From assembly GCF_964204865.1 (NCBI RefSeq), contig NC_135257.1, positions 5,828,001-5,892,000 of the forward strand: a stretch of 64,000 bases of DNA, read 5' to 3'. The stretch comes from Styela clava (taxonomy: Eukaryota). Below the pieces are notes generated by a model. That model was not told the DNA's origin. It did no database searches and saw only the letters and a list, made by a program, of their open reading frames with translations. Shown in pieces: positions 13,001-26,834 of the stretch. Position 1 is the first letter of the stretch. Each line of letters starts with the position of its first letter. The translations under genes and the position numbers were made by a program.

Positions 13001-16000
13001 CCTGGTTGATAAAATATTGGTCCAAGATTTAGAATAAAAATAGATTTTGCTATTTGTATGAGGTATCAGTAAAGCATAAATGTTAAAAGATAATTGGATG
13101 GTTAGGAGCTGGAGCCACTAGAAATCCTAATAGCTCTGGCTCCAGCTCCATCTAATATGGTAAGCTTGACTCCAGCTCTGGCTTCCCAGCCCTGTTCAAC
13201 TGCAACATTATCTTGAAAATTAAAGTCTATTATATTGAATGTTATTTCGAAACCATATAACTTTTGAAGCATGATAATTTGCTTCTAATAATTTATTCTC
13301 TCATGTACTTTTCAGAAGGAATAGCAAAAATGAGAATCAAGCCTCCACGTCCTGCTCCACCTGCACCAACCAGTGTGTTTTATGCGAAACACACCAATCC
13401 AGACTCGGAAGAACATTTGACATTGGGTCCCGCATTGAAGGCAACTAAAAGTACAGAAACAAAAAGTAAGATAGATTTTGGAACCAGTTAAATCAAGATA
13501 TTTCAAATTGATGTTTAATAACAGTCATTTCGACATGCATCATATAATATATATAATACTCTTTATTCCTAGATAAAAGGCCGAGGTCTCGCACAACTGC
13601 TGGAATTACCCATTTGCTTGACAAAATCCAAACAACCGTTAAATCAGGTAGATATTTAGTTGATTGACTAATCTATTTTTTACTGTTTCCTTCAAGAAAT
13701 TCTAGTAAAATCACATACATTGGGAAGTTAATGTTACTTAACCTGATGATATTGTAGATTTCACATTGTCTCACATTAGTATCATCATTTATTTGGATGG
13801 GGGTCGAACCTAAACTCTTACATTTACTTTTGTTTTGAGGCGGTAAAATTCTTCATCATGATTCTAAGCATGTAGAAGAAATTACTGGGACATTAAATCT
13901 TGTCAAAGAAGAAATTGAACTGATGAAAACAAGTTTGGAATCAAAACAGGTTGGTTTTGCTTTAACTTTTTGACTATTTTTTCTAGAAATATGGAAAATA
14001 TTCATGTAATGTTATGTGATAAGTACAATTTTAAAATAACGTATATTAGATAGAGCAAGTCACTTAGTATTACGATAAAGAAATATTCCTTTCAAGTGTA
14101 GAAACTTCCCAAGGAAACTTTGTGGATAATTTGACGTGTGCAGTTTTGGAGAAAAATAAGTGTGTGACATTCTAAAAGGGGTTATGTAATTAATATCATA
14201 TAATACAGGGCTTCACAAAACTTGAACAATTAATGGTTTTATTTTTAGTAAATTTATTTGTTTATTTTATATTTGATATTGAAGTGTTGCTCAATAGTAT
14301 TACATCGTAAAAACTTGGTAGAATCTATTTTGCTGATGCAAACTACGCCACGATTGCTTTCAATATTAATTTAATCTTGTGTCCATATGAGAATTGAATG
14401 CCGTTTAGAATTTGGGACGTACTCGGATTACGATATTTTACAATATCATTTTTTTTTTAATTGGGGTGGCTCGGAAAGAGGTTTTTTGATTACTTTTGCT
14501 GTTTTTTGATTATTAAAATTTTTAAATAAATCTCTTATTTACAAAAATTTATTTGGAATTTAATTTGAATCAAATTCTTATGGTATCCTTATAAACCATA
14601 GCCCGATACAGTAAATATCTGGGAGGTAGTTTTATGCACTATCTTTAGTTTTATGAATGTGGTACTCGGTACTCTTCCAGCTTGTACCTGAAAGTTATAT
14701 ATCATATTTTATATATAAATCTGTTTTGGTATTTCAAATCTCCTACATTGCATTTCGTAATTCGTTCGATCATATGACTCGAATGAACAATTTTCAGCAA
14801 TTTTTTTTTTATGACAGGAAACAATTGAATTATTAAAGAAGGAATTGGATATGTACAGTTCGCTCACTACAACAAACACAAAAACCATTCCTACAGTCAG
14901 TGGTAAAGTTTTTTCTGCTTTGTTGTTTGTTTTGCGGAAGAACTATAATACATTGTTTAGCTTCTTGCTGAGGCTATCTTAAACATAACATGACTCAAAT
15001 CACCATGTCTTTCTTGGCTCATATTTGACCAAGCATGATTTTGTTTTGAAGAAAACTAAAATAGTCCATATATGTATTCTGCTTCTTGTTTTGTTTGTTG
15101 AATATACAAACTGGAATGGAGAGGAAGTTTCTACCCACCTGATGTTACTAACTGTTTGAAAATTCTTTTAATGGTTACTGGTGTATTGAAGTTGATCATA
15201 TTGAATTTTTATAATCAGTATTGCTGTTCAATAATATATATTTCCTTGTATGTTTTAAACCTTTATATCAATATTATCAAGTAGCTAGCTTTGGTGTGAT
15301 GAGCTTTACGAAGTGCTTTATAACTGAGTATACTAAGTTATAAGACCAGAATCTTTATTAGATTAGTGTTTTCCACTTAATTACGTATGGCGTCTGGAAA
15401 ATTTTGAAACAAATCTAAAAACATGACATTATTTAAAGAAACAACAAAAAAAGCCTCTTGATGAAAAATACAGTTATATTTGAATTTTTGTCTGAGTTTG
15501 ATATTCCATAAAGAGGATCTTTTGGAAATGAGTATTTTCTATGATAAAAAAGAACAGCATGATCTCTTTTCACAAAATAGCGAGTATATTTGTAAAGTCA
15601 TTCTGTGGAAGGAAGTAAACAAGGAAAAAGGACTTGCAGTTCAGTACGCAATATCCTAGTACCTTCAGATTTTCTATGGATGGACTTTTTTCTATTGCTG
15701 CTTAAACATTTTGGCTTATAACTTGAACTTTTTGTATTGTTTTAATTTGTAGAAGAACCAGGAAGTCCATCTTCACATCATCAAATGAGATCAGAAATAA
15801 CAACATTGAAATTAACAATTGAACATTTAAGGGAAGAGGTAGATGAAACCAAGCTTTCTTTCAGACAACAGGAAGAAAAGGTATGACATTATGTGTTATT
15901 CCTTTATGGATAGTGATTTTTAAACTATTTTGGAAATTATTTCTTAAAAAAAGACAGTTGTGGACTTGTGGTACATGGTTGGCTGTGAACACTCATCCAT

Positions 16001-19000
16001 GACTTGTCAGTAAATCCACCAACGAAAAAATTGTATACCAGAAGTTTTTTCCAAAGAATTTCAGTTATGTAGAATTCACTACCATATAGCTGTTTCTCTG
16101 ATTGTATTCACCCAAACTGCTGAAAGATTAAATTTTTCTTCTCTCTGTGAATGACACAATCAATGGCATTATCGATGAAATTAAATTTGGAAGTCTAATT
16201 ACTGCAACTCACTCCTCCAACTACTGGCCTATTCCTTTTTTGATAATATGTCTCACAGTTTTGTCTTTGCCACGTTCATTTCTTGTTTTGTTTGACTCTT
16301 ATGCGTTATGTACATATGCCTCAACAACTACTAGAAGGATTTTATTGCGAGCACTGATTTTTTTATAACGAATTAGTACTCGGATAAGTGCAACGGTGTA
16401 CTGATTTTTGACAGTGTGTACATAACGATATACACTTTCATTTCAGACAAAATTATTTCAAGAAATGTTGCAAGTCAAAGATGGTATTGTTGTGCAATTG
16501 ACAAATGAGGTAAGTTGAGAAAAACAATAATTTATATACTCATCCTAATTGTGAAAACAACAGTCCATGTTTGCCTTTCTCTAAAAATAGAAATGTGCAG
16601 GTATCAAACTCTTTTTGTTATATACCAGTCAACATTAGATTCACATAAAAACTGTTCCCACTGAGACTGATTTTGATCTGTCTTAGGGGTAAATTTGGCA
16701 AGTAGAATATTCTCATTTTTCTCTACTACTTTATTATGCTACCAGTTTTATTATCGTCACATGAGAAAATGCATACTTTGATCATATATCAGTTTGCACA
16801 GTTGCTAGAATAACAATGGGCTCTTTTATATTACATATTATATTTTATTATGTTCTTACTACAGAGAAATTTGTCTGTTTGTCAGTTTTTAGTAAAAAAC
16901 TGGCCAGTTGCGCGCTTCATATGTATCATGTGCCCTCATTACGATCAATTTTTGGCATCTACATCCTCAATTCTACAACATTGAAAAACCTTCTTTCACA
17001 ACCCTTTTTCCTCATCATGCATTAAAGGTATTTGTAGTAAAAGTCAAAATAGGGAAAAATTAGAGGAGTAGCTCGTCTTTGCGAAAGAGTGAAAAAGACC
17101 ATCAGGATTAAACCACTGATCTAGGGGTTTTGTATCAATTTGAATCAATTTTTGCGAACCTGCGTGGGTAATTAGAGATGCAGTGGTGATCGCGTTCTCA
17201 GCGCTTTACATGATACATCACATTGCCGAGCCTACAAGCCAATTCCTTTCTGATTACCCATAATAATCTAGTGTAGAATGTTTAAGGTCAATATTTTCTC
17301 AACAAATTTATTAGCAAATTTATTTACAAATTTATTAGCCGACTGATAAGTTATGAAACTGACTTGTTATTTTATTCAGTTATATGAAATGGAAAAGTCT
17401 TACAAATCACTTGTGAATGAACATGCAAGTGAAGTAAGTAAAGGTAAAGATTCAGCATTAACCGATAATCCATCTGCTCAGCAACTAACGGAAAGTTCAT
17501 CTTCTCTCGAAAGTGATAAAACTGCTGTCAGCGGTGAAGCTATGACCGAATTCAAAAAACTAAAGGTAATCACTCATTGTTGTTTTTAATAATTTTTTAC
17601 TTTAATAAACAGCTTCAATATTACTTCCATTCAAGCATTGAAAAAGGTGACAAAAAATTAAACAAATACGGCTTTAATTTGATTAATAAAGAGGGACTTT
17701 AATATGCATGCTACAAATGTTCACTTCAAAATTGTGTGAGAAACATCGTGTTCTTATAATACAGTGTTAAAGTAAGGTGGCTAGCACAGTGGTTCTCAAC
17801 CTTTTTCGGTGTCAGAGCTGCATCTCAAACTTTAAAGTTGTAGGAAGTCGCATGAAAATCGACACATAAATAGCCTCAAAATAAAACTCAAGCACAGTAT
17901 GTATTTTAAAATAACTACCAGTACATCAACAAAACTCGGGGTAAAATCTGATTTGAGGCTAAACTTGACATTTGCTTTGTCTTTTAATCCTGACGTCTGA
18001 AAAACAGAGCCACAATCATGATGGAAGCATTCACCAGTATATAGAACAATGTTCATAGCTACATAACAATATCTTCATATTTTCATAATGTTGTCTATTC
18101 AATTTGAAAATACCTAAATAATTGGAAATAATTAAATTAAAACGCCCAATTATATTTATAAAGAGTGTGAGCTTTTTTGAAAGTGTGCTAGACATTTTGT
18201 TTTGACAAACTAACAGATTGTTCAAAAATACCTAATCTGCATAGGGCACAGGATAGCCTGCATGTGATTACTGTTAAACTGACTATTATCATATAATACA
18301 ACCTTAATATTACACAACCTTAATATTATAACAATAACAATGAAAGAAGTTAACAGGCAGTGTTGCCAGAAATAGACAAAACGAAATAGTACATATAATA
18401 CAATATCAACAATTACAGGAAACATTGAATTCAGTGTACTGAAACGCAGGCTAAACATTGAGGAAAAACACGTTGCCATTACAATGAAAGGTTGCACTCA
18501 AAACGACCTGACAACTTTTCTGGCATCGATTCAACTACTGGAGTTCAGTCTTTCAATTTTAAGCCATTGATTTATTTTCAATGAAAAATATTCATTGGAT
18601 ATTAAGAGCCGTAGAAACGATAGTTGAGAGCCACATGCGGCTCTAAGAGACGCGGTTGAGAATCACTGGTCTACCACATCTCCTCGATCCTACCATCATA
18701 AATGGTAAAAAATTCGAAACTTGGTGGATGATTTCTAAATCAATTTTTAAACCAATGCCGTAATTGATTAAATTAACACATTAACACTTGAATCAACATT
18801 TTTTCATCAACACCCTTCTCATTATTGAATTTCTTTGTAACATTATAGCTCCTTACTAGGATATCATGTCTTATATTCATTTTTGAAAAAAGTTGATGAA
18901 ATCACTTAAATAAACAATCTTATGGGAATCACAGCCTCCCATCCCGCATTAGTCCTGGTATGAAAAAAGTGAATATTTGAAGCAAGTTAATTCAGATACA

Positions 19001-22000
19001 TGGACTTAGATAGTGACTGAAGCCTTGAACCATATTTTGATTATGAGAAGGTCAGCAGTCTACCTGCTTATATGTTTTTTCTACAAAATTAAAATCATCA
19101 CACCCATGGTGTGTAGTAGCAGGTATATGCTCTAGCATGTAACACAGGGCATCAACTGTTCTGTTGTCTTCTGTATCTAACCATTTTCACTTTGCTATTT
19201 TGACTAACAGTTCTCAACACTATTGCATATTTACTAACCATACAAATTGTCTACGATTATTTCTTTCGATGACAGGATGAAGTAGAAGGCTATCGACTAC
19301 AAAACAAATTCTTGAACAATGAAATTCTAGAACTCACACACTTGAGAGAAGTTGATAGAAATAAAATGGATTCTTTACATGATAAGGTTATATTATTAGC
19401 AAATGTATCATATACTCTATACCATATTAAAGAAAATTAATTCAATCTAATGCAATGCTGCTATTGGAAATTGCAGTTTGTATACGATGCCTTATTCGAT
19501 TACCTATGAATCTTTCGGTGCTCTTGTAGTATGTATACCAGGTTAGGGTTAGGCCATAATTTTTATGTGAGGTAGCGAACAAAATTAGTTACCTCCATAT
19601 TGGTACACATACTTCTGGAGCTGGAGCGCTAATCTTTCTTATTACTTGTCAGGTGTGGCAGTTTTTATGGTGGCTTACTTGTATTGTATACTTTTTAAAT
19701 GTGCATGTAAGTGCCTGGGTGGCATGTAGAATATATTGAACATTACCATAACATTTCTCAGTTTTAGTATAATTCATTTATCTGAAACTAATGTAGGATA
19801 TCAAATTTATATTGGGGCAGAGTAGAGTCAGCAAGCTATGATCGTATGGCAACTTGTGGGCTTCCAGTCCCTGTCGGTTATGGTAATAGATAACAATTCA
19901 ATCATTCCAAATGCATTATGATTTTCATCATTCCAAATGCATTATGATTTTCATCAACATCGTAACTTAAGGTGGAACAGTATTGGTTAAAATTATGAAG
20001 TTTTTCCTTTGCATAATAATTTAAATTGTTTGTGTTGTATAAACCAGTACTTAAAATCTGGCATACGAACAACGCTGTCTTCATCTTGTTACAAACCTTT
20101 TTTAATGAGGTGTTCTCACTCTGAACAAGGCTATGTAGAAGCAGTCACTGATAAATGGGCAACCACTATTTTTCAAACGAACTGAATATTTAAATCCTGG
20201 ATAGGGTTATAAGTGGGGGATTGAAACCCAAGCACCAACATTGGGGCCAGCACTTCGACCACCAGACAATCACTCCGAAACAATTACTCAAATAATGCTT
20301 TTCTATTGTAGATTCTTCACCAAGAAGCCTTGCATTGTCAACTCCAAAGCAAATATTTTATTCTTCTTTCTGAAATGGATAGAAATAGATCAGAAACACT
20401 TGTGTATAGTGCTGACACAGAGAATCCTCTTCTACATCAAGAGGAAGGAGGTTCTTCAAAACCAAATGTTGTCAAGCAACTCATACAGGAAGCTATAAAA
20501 GAGGGAGAGTGTAGAGCTGAAGAAATCAGTGCTTCATTCAAGTAGGCTATGTCTCCTTTTTATGCAAATTGATTTAATCTAGGGATGACGGGTCATGAAA
20601 TTAATACTCGACTCCAAACTCCGGGCCATTTATAAAACAACTCTCAAGCTCAAAACTTGGAAAAAAAATTAAAATGACAACTTTGATATTTGCAAGCTTT
20701 ATTGAGAATGCTTAGTTAACTTTTTTGATTGGGTTGAGATGAGCTGGAAAATTTTACTTGGATTAGAAGTCTGGAATCTAGAAAATTTTTAATTAACAAT
20801 TATTATTAACTCCTGACAGCTTGATAGTTTTAAAAATAAGACTCCAACTAAAATGAATTTTAAAACCAAAAAACACATAGAAGTTATTGTTGGAAGAATT
20901 TGTTTGAAATGAAATAATGTCCTCTGATTTGTCTTTGATAATTAAACTTGAATTTTTAGAAAAAGGGAGATGTAGCAGTATTTTTTGCCATATCCCTCAT
21001 ATAGCCCTCGGCACAGTAATATGTTATTTACTGTGTTTGATTATTGTTTGCATTTTTTCTTAAAACCACCAATTTTTATTTATATTCTTGTCAAAAGTTT
21101 GATTATCCTGACTATCAATTAGCATTTAGACAAAAGCTTCATTAGCTATGTCCAGTCTTTGCTGCCTAACCAACTTTTGCATTTTTTATTGTTTAGGTCG
21201 AGCAAATATGACAGATATGGATTCACTCAGGTTGTTGATGATGGAGATGAATCGACATTCTTATCTGCTGCTAGTCGTCTTCAACAGCATGCCTCCAACA
21301 TTGTCAATTCAATAGAAGAGCATGATGCTACTGTTGCAAATAAATGGCAGAAATATGTTGCTGAAAACAAGTAAATTTGATATCATATTTGGTTAAGTGT
21401 ATAAATTGAGTTTATCAGGTTTTTTGATAATTTTCTCAAAAATCAAAGGTTATTATATTAAAGGTTACACGAATAATTTTTTGTCTTTTTATATTTGTTT
21501 TATTTTTGTTTGGTAAAATTTATAGTCTAATTGGATTAATTTTATTTATTCAGAGAGTGGCAAAGAAATGGTGAATTCAAATCACTGGTTAGACTTGGAA
21601 TTCCGCATGATTTGAGGCATAAAGTTTGGAGATATTTGGTTCATATCAGAACTTATGAACTCAGGTAATGTAACATTTAAACTATTATATCTTGTAAATT
21701 AATATAAATAATATCTTTGCCATAGCTGACATTGGCTGGTAACTAGATAAAAGGCAGAGGTTCAAAATATGGAATATCTAAAACTAATTTGTCAATGGTC
21801 ACCAGTAGATCCTTCAATGTTTGAGATGATTCACATGTTGCAGGGTAGTAGGGTGGTACACGTAACATCTGTTCAGTTACTGCTTCCTCCACCACCAAAT
21901 CCATGCATTTCAAAGAAATAAACTGGCTGACTAATCTAATACCCTGCATAGACTGGTCAGTGAGCAAGAGGCCATGGTCCACCATATTATTGAGCCTTCT

Positions 22001-24802
22001 CAAATCATATCCCATCCTAAAGTCACTGGTCAATTACGATGGCCTCCTGCAATAAATATTAAAATCTTATCATTTTACAGGCAGCAGCTGAATGCTGATG
22101 GAACATACTACACAAGGCTGACAGAAACTACAGTTGCTCCACTGCATGCTAAACAAATTGATTTAGATTTACTAAGAACACTGCCTAGTAATAGATTCTT
22201 TGCATCTATGGAATGTGTTGGGATTCAGCAATTGAGACGAGTATTGAGAGCATACAGTTTACATAACCCGGGTATCGGGTAGGGTGATTATTTAATTTTT
22301 TCCATATTTTTGTTAATGCATTGCTTTCTTTGTGAATATTTAGGCACATTGTCTAATTTGTAAAACGGACAGTTCAAAAAAGTATCCTTAAAATTATATT
22401 TAAATATATTATGGACAACAGTAGGCTTTGATTTACCTTGTTATTTTGATTTGGTTAACTTGATACTTTTTTCAGATATTGTCAAGGATTGAATAGAATG
22501 GCAGCTGTTTCCCTTCTATATCTTGGTGAAGAAGATGCGTTCTGGTGTTTGGTTGCAATTGTTGAATGTATTATGCCATCTGAGTATTATACACCAACTT
22601 TGACTGCTTCTCAGGTATGTCGTCTTCCACATTATAGTTTCGTTGTCTGGTAGTTCCATAACTATTCTTAGGCAACTTATGTCTCAACATTTCCACGTTT
22701 TGCAGATGCTTCTTTGTTTGCTTTATTGTTACTTCTAAGGCATTTAGCGATGTAATATGCTTTGTGGCGATAAAGTAATTTATGGCATTTAGACTAGAGA
22801 ATAAATATGCTATTTGGCAATTACCGGTATGTAGGGCAGTGGCGATTAAGTAAGTTAAGGCCTTTAGCGATTAAATATGCTTTTTGGCGATCACGACAGG
22901 CAATAGCGATTAAGTAAGTTAAGGATATATAATCAAATATTATTTTGGGCTATTTATAAAGTATATATATATAAATGCATATATAAATAAATGCATAGGC
23001 TTATAGTGTTCACCAAGATTTACAATTCTTCTATGTATGATGTAAAGCTTTGAACTTACTGTATCACCTTAACCTTTTCATATTTCTAAACAGGCAGATC
23101 AGAGAGTGTTCCGTGACTTACTTGCTGAAAAACTACCAAGATTACATCGGCATTTTGAAAACATGGGAATCGATCTTTCACTGATAACCTTCAACTGGTT
23201 TCTTTGCATCTATTGTGACAACGTTCCACCAGAAACTATGTTTAAAATTTGGGATATCTTTCTGAATGAAAGCTCCAAGGTTGGATATTATCAGAGTATA
23301 AAAATATGCTTTTGTTGTATAAAGATGACAATGACGAAGTTGGTTTCTGAGTCTGATTTTCTTGGGGATTGAAGAAAGCAACACAATGTGCGAGATTCCG
23401 CTGTCATCAATTGGTGGTTCATGTCAGCCTTGGTCAATTAATTTCGACCTGACTAATCATAACCATTCATTGGAAAATGTTGACTGACAGTCTATAGACT
23501 GAGAACTGTGCGAGAGGCTGGAAAATTTTTAAACCATCTTGTCAGGTTTTCCTTCTACTGGAATAAATTTAAGTTAATATCTTATCTTTAGTGTATTGTA
23601 GGCCTTTTCAATCCAAATTAGCTATTATTTTATTTTAGGTATGGCATTCATCACCTGTGCATTTAAGAGGATGCTCTTATTCCTTAGGGATGTAGTAATA
23701 AATTTTAATTTAGGTTTTAGGCGCAACTAAAGACATTACATTGTAGTATGCAGTCTTGTTTTTGAATAGAGTGATTCAGTTTGTATTTCGAATACTACAT
23801 ATATATTGTTAAATTAAATGCATCTGGAAATATCTATTCAAATTATTCACCTAATCTGTCACAACTCTGTCTAATCCTAAGTGTTTTTGTTTTCAATAAT
23901 ATAATTATAGTATGTTTTTCTGTTTCAGGTTTTGTTTAGATTTGGATTGGCTTTTTTCAAACATATTGAAGAAGATATTCTTGAATTAAATGATTACATG
24001 ACTTTGTTTAATTTGTTAAGAAGAATGAGTCACAGAATGTATGATGCAAGGTAATTCAAATCAATATTTTATTTTTTACCTTACTGAGAAAACAGAAGGT
24101 AGGAATGAGCTGAAAAATGGCATTTCAGGGTGAAGGGAGACACGATAAACAAATACAGGTTATCGAGCACCAACACCCTTGGATAAGTCTGAAAGATTCT
24201 CGGCTTCTGTCTATAGTGAATGTACCTTCTGCTCATAAAAACATCGATTGTAGAGTCAGGCAGGAGATTAGCAAAGCTAATGTTGCCTAACTGCAGCAAA
24301 GCTAATCTCCTGTTAACAAAGTCTGTTAACAAAGCTTTGTTCAAAGCAACTTCACACGAGTTGAAATTATTTTTTCTCAAATTGCAGTCTAAGCAAAATT
24401 CTTTTCAACCAAGATTCGCATTTAAATTTGCTTCAGATTCTCAGCCATTGTTTACTCATTGTTAAGCAAAATTCTTGGTTTTGGAGCATATTTTGTTTTT
24501 TAGTAAAACTGATACTTGTTAATAGTTCCTGGTATATCAGAATGTTTCATTTTTGTCTTTCCACCCCGTTGCTTTTTTACAGTAAAGATGCATTATTGTT
24601 TTTCAGAGTGCTTACACAAATAGCTTTCCAAGGAATGAACCCTTTTCCAATGAGAAAAATTCGGCGATTTCGATTGATTCATATGGAAAAAGTTCAGGCT
24701 GAACTTGAGCAACTTGATCTGCTGAGGAATGAGTTTGCAAGCCGTAGAAATAAAGCATCGTCTAACAGTGATATGTATAGTGATGATGAAGGAGATGATT
24801 AG
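7089..24802 (+). CDS. TBC1D2B: TBC1 domain family member 2/2B-like Rab-GAP (PH + coiled coil + TBC), ~1000 aa
   Basis: Exons 7089-7172, 8632-8716, 9055-9245, 10226-10439, 12251-12415, 13316-13465, 13573-13647, 13840-13949, 14818-14902, 15753-15880, 16447-16509, 17380-17565, 19276-19386, 20312-20541, 21197-21370, 21554-21664, 22081-22278, 22476-22614, 23094-23279, 23929-24050, 24607-24802 total 3003 nt with consistent phases. PH motif RLCGYLAK..SKTRWFVFD..MLWWLQELQ; YRLQNKFLNNEI; YDRYGF; TBC Arg finger IDLDLLRT and Gln finger YCQGLN; MNPFP. The first exon and the middle low-complexity exons are less certain. Probably a co-ortholog of vertebrate TBC1D2 and TBC1D2B. Confidence 0.92.
7955..8409. 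mobile_element. MITE with ~105-bp terminal inverted repeats
   Basis: gggtctcgtgtagtttcgtacctaac...catccaaaaatta is mirrored by taattttttggatg...gttaggtacgaaactacatgagaccc; short flanking duplication (c)aattc. Confidence 0.85.
9425..9776 (-). mobile_element. tRNA-derived SINE
   Basis: Minus strand starts with an A-box-like tggcgcatcgtgct, has a B-box-like gcttgaatcc and ends in a (tatcc)n tail. Related pieces at ~17155-17265, ~47695-47815 (+, with ggttcgaaccc) and ~53965-54080. Confidence 0.7.
11045..11309. repeat. Two-copy tandem duplication, ~130-bp unit
   Basis: taacatcagttgaa...gcagtaaaa(a/g)agtcaga at 11045-11172 and 11175-11309, near identical. Confidence 0.9.
12590..12795 (+). mobile_element. 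Probable 3' end of a SINE/LINE
   Basis: GC-richer block ending in aataaa followed by short tandem gactat repeats, as in CR1/L2-type tails. No family match possible by eye. Confidence 0.3.
17787..18668. mobile_element. hAT-Charlie-type non-autonomous element
   Basis: TIR cagtggttctcaacc / ggttgagaatcactg; degenerate 8-bp TSD ggctagca / gtctacca. Confidence 0.75.
19517..19628. mobile_element. Member of a dispersed MITE family carrying a telomere-like ggttagggttagg motif
   Basis: TIR-like ggtgctcttgtagtatgtatacca / tggtacacatacttctggagc. Related copies or fragments at ~10690-10805, 25655-25775, 32414-32612, 39250-39410, 42685-42755, 43615-43745, 50394-50456. Confidence 0.7.
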
Positions 24803-26834
24803 GTGGATGAAAACTGTAAAATAACTTCAAAGTTACATAGCCATTGGTGGATGTTGTTTCTTCATTGAATGATACAAATTTAGCAATAAACAATCATATT
24901 TTTAGGCCGCTGTGGGTCTTGTTGCATAATATGTGTTGAAGATTCATAGTGCCCGTTAACTTTCGTATTCACTTAAGTTTCTGTTGAAAAAAGGTTGTTT
25001 AAGAAACAGTATTTTATCGGCAGATTGTGTATGACATGTTCATTTTGTCACCATTATGCAGTGCCAACTGCCAACATTTGCCAAAAGTAGATAAAATATT
25101 CGATTTAGTGTGCTGAGTAACTTTCTTTTACTCGCACTAGTCATTAATTGCGTAAGAGAATTCTATCCATACCAAACTCTTCCAAGATAACAATCCCGAG
25201 TCATTGTATTTTAGTGATTGCAATAATGATAATATAATTTTTATATGCAACGGATGTACATACAGTGACATTCCTGTTATGCACCAATATAAAGTAGAAA
25301 TTTAGTTGTCCAGCCAGAAAAATTGTTGCAGTTATACTTTTGACATTCTGTTAGTTTTTGTGCAATATATGGCCACATTTTCCTATTTCCTTATATTATA
25401 CCGTTATTATTATACTTATTACGATGTTGTAAAATCATAAATATTAACTGACTCAAATTGCATTTATAATCTACACATATTTCATTAACTTGAATATAAA
25501 GTGAAAGAATCATAAAGCAAGAACATTACGGAATTAGCGCTATTGATTTGGTTTCTGCGGGACTAACTTCTTATCCTTCTATGGGTTCTGCAAGATTGAA
25601 GATAATTCAAGAGTCTTGCTGCACACTCTCACGAATATGTTTCTGTAACGTTTACGGCGCTCACTTGGCTAATAACAGACAGTCCCCGAACTTTTTATAG
25701 AACTAAAGTAAGGAAAAGAAGAACAAGGAATAAAATTCATGCCTAACCTGGTACGCACACTGCGGGAATACCACGTTTCTACTGACCAAAGTTGGACATA
25801 CAACAACAGAATTGCATCCGTGATTAGTCAGCAGCAAGAATCTTGAATTAATTGGAATAGTCATGGAAGTAGTTAATACCGTCGTTAACTAACCTCATAG
25901 CCGTGATGAATAAGTACCGGTAGTTCTTTGTGGAACGCTGGTCGTTTATTTGGCTCCAAATCGGGCGAAAGTCTTGTTTGTCATATCTGAGTTAGTATGA
26001 CATATTAGGAGGTTGGTTCCGCTTTCCCCAAGTAGCTCAATACTTATGATAGATGGATTATATTGAAAACTCATGTAGAATTTGGAGAGCAAGCAAAGCT
26101 TAAAAACTGTAGAGTTACTGCCTGTCCAGGAAGAGGTTGAACATAATAAATAATCACCGAAATGAAAATGAAAAAAAATGTCTGTTTGTCTCTCCCCTGA
26201 AAGCTGTTTTGAATTTTCAGTAAAGTTTGAAAATCCTTCGTCTGCTCAAGCGAGTATGGACGAATCCTTTCCATAATGTCACCCACTCTTAAATATAAAA
26301 ATAACAAGAAAACAGTGCAGCGTCGATTTGCATATATTATTTGATCATCTACTACAGTAATTCAAAAATGTTACGTTTAGTTTACGAAAACATTACATCT
26401 TCAAACCATATCAATTTACAGTATTATTAATCATAAATGAGATTCCTACGCATCATTTGAAATACAATCGTACTCAGAGTTCGAATTCGATATATATATG
26501 TTGACGTCTGAAATTTTAATTTCAGAGAGAAGTTGTTGCATATTTTACTATATGTCTACGAGCGCATTCCTACATAGCCAGTGTTACTAAGAACATTAAA
26601 CGCAGGGCACCGTCAAATAAATGATCGAACAAATTACTATTTATTGCAAACCACTGACGACAGTTTAAATCGCTAATATAATGACAGTCATTGGAATCAC
26701 CATTCTTGATCAAAGAGGAGTTGGAAAATTAAATTCTTCTAATCGAGAAGCTCTCTGATGAAGCCATATTCGATTTACTACAAGTAGTGCAACGGCACCA
26801 AATGAACTATTATCTAAACACGAGTTCCGTTTAA

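Noticed and set aside
19902-19952. 27-bp tandem duplication (also (TA)n at ~29023-29041)
   Set aside because: Ordinary slippage products with no sign of function.
24235-24290. Peptide IDCRVRQEISKANVA reminiscent of an RTE reverse transcriptase
   Set aside because: Too short and degenerate to call without a profile search.
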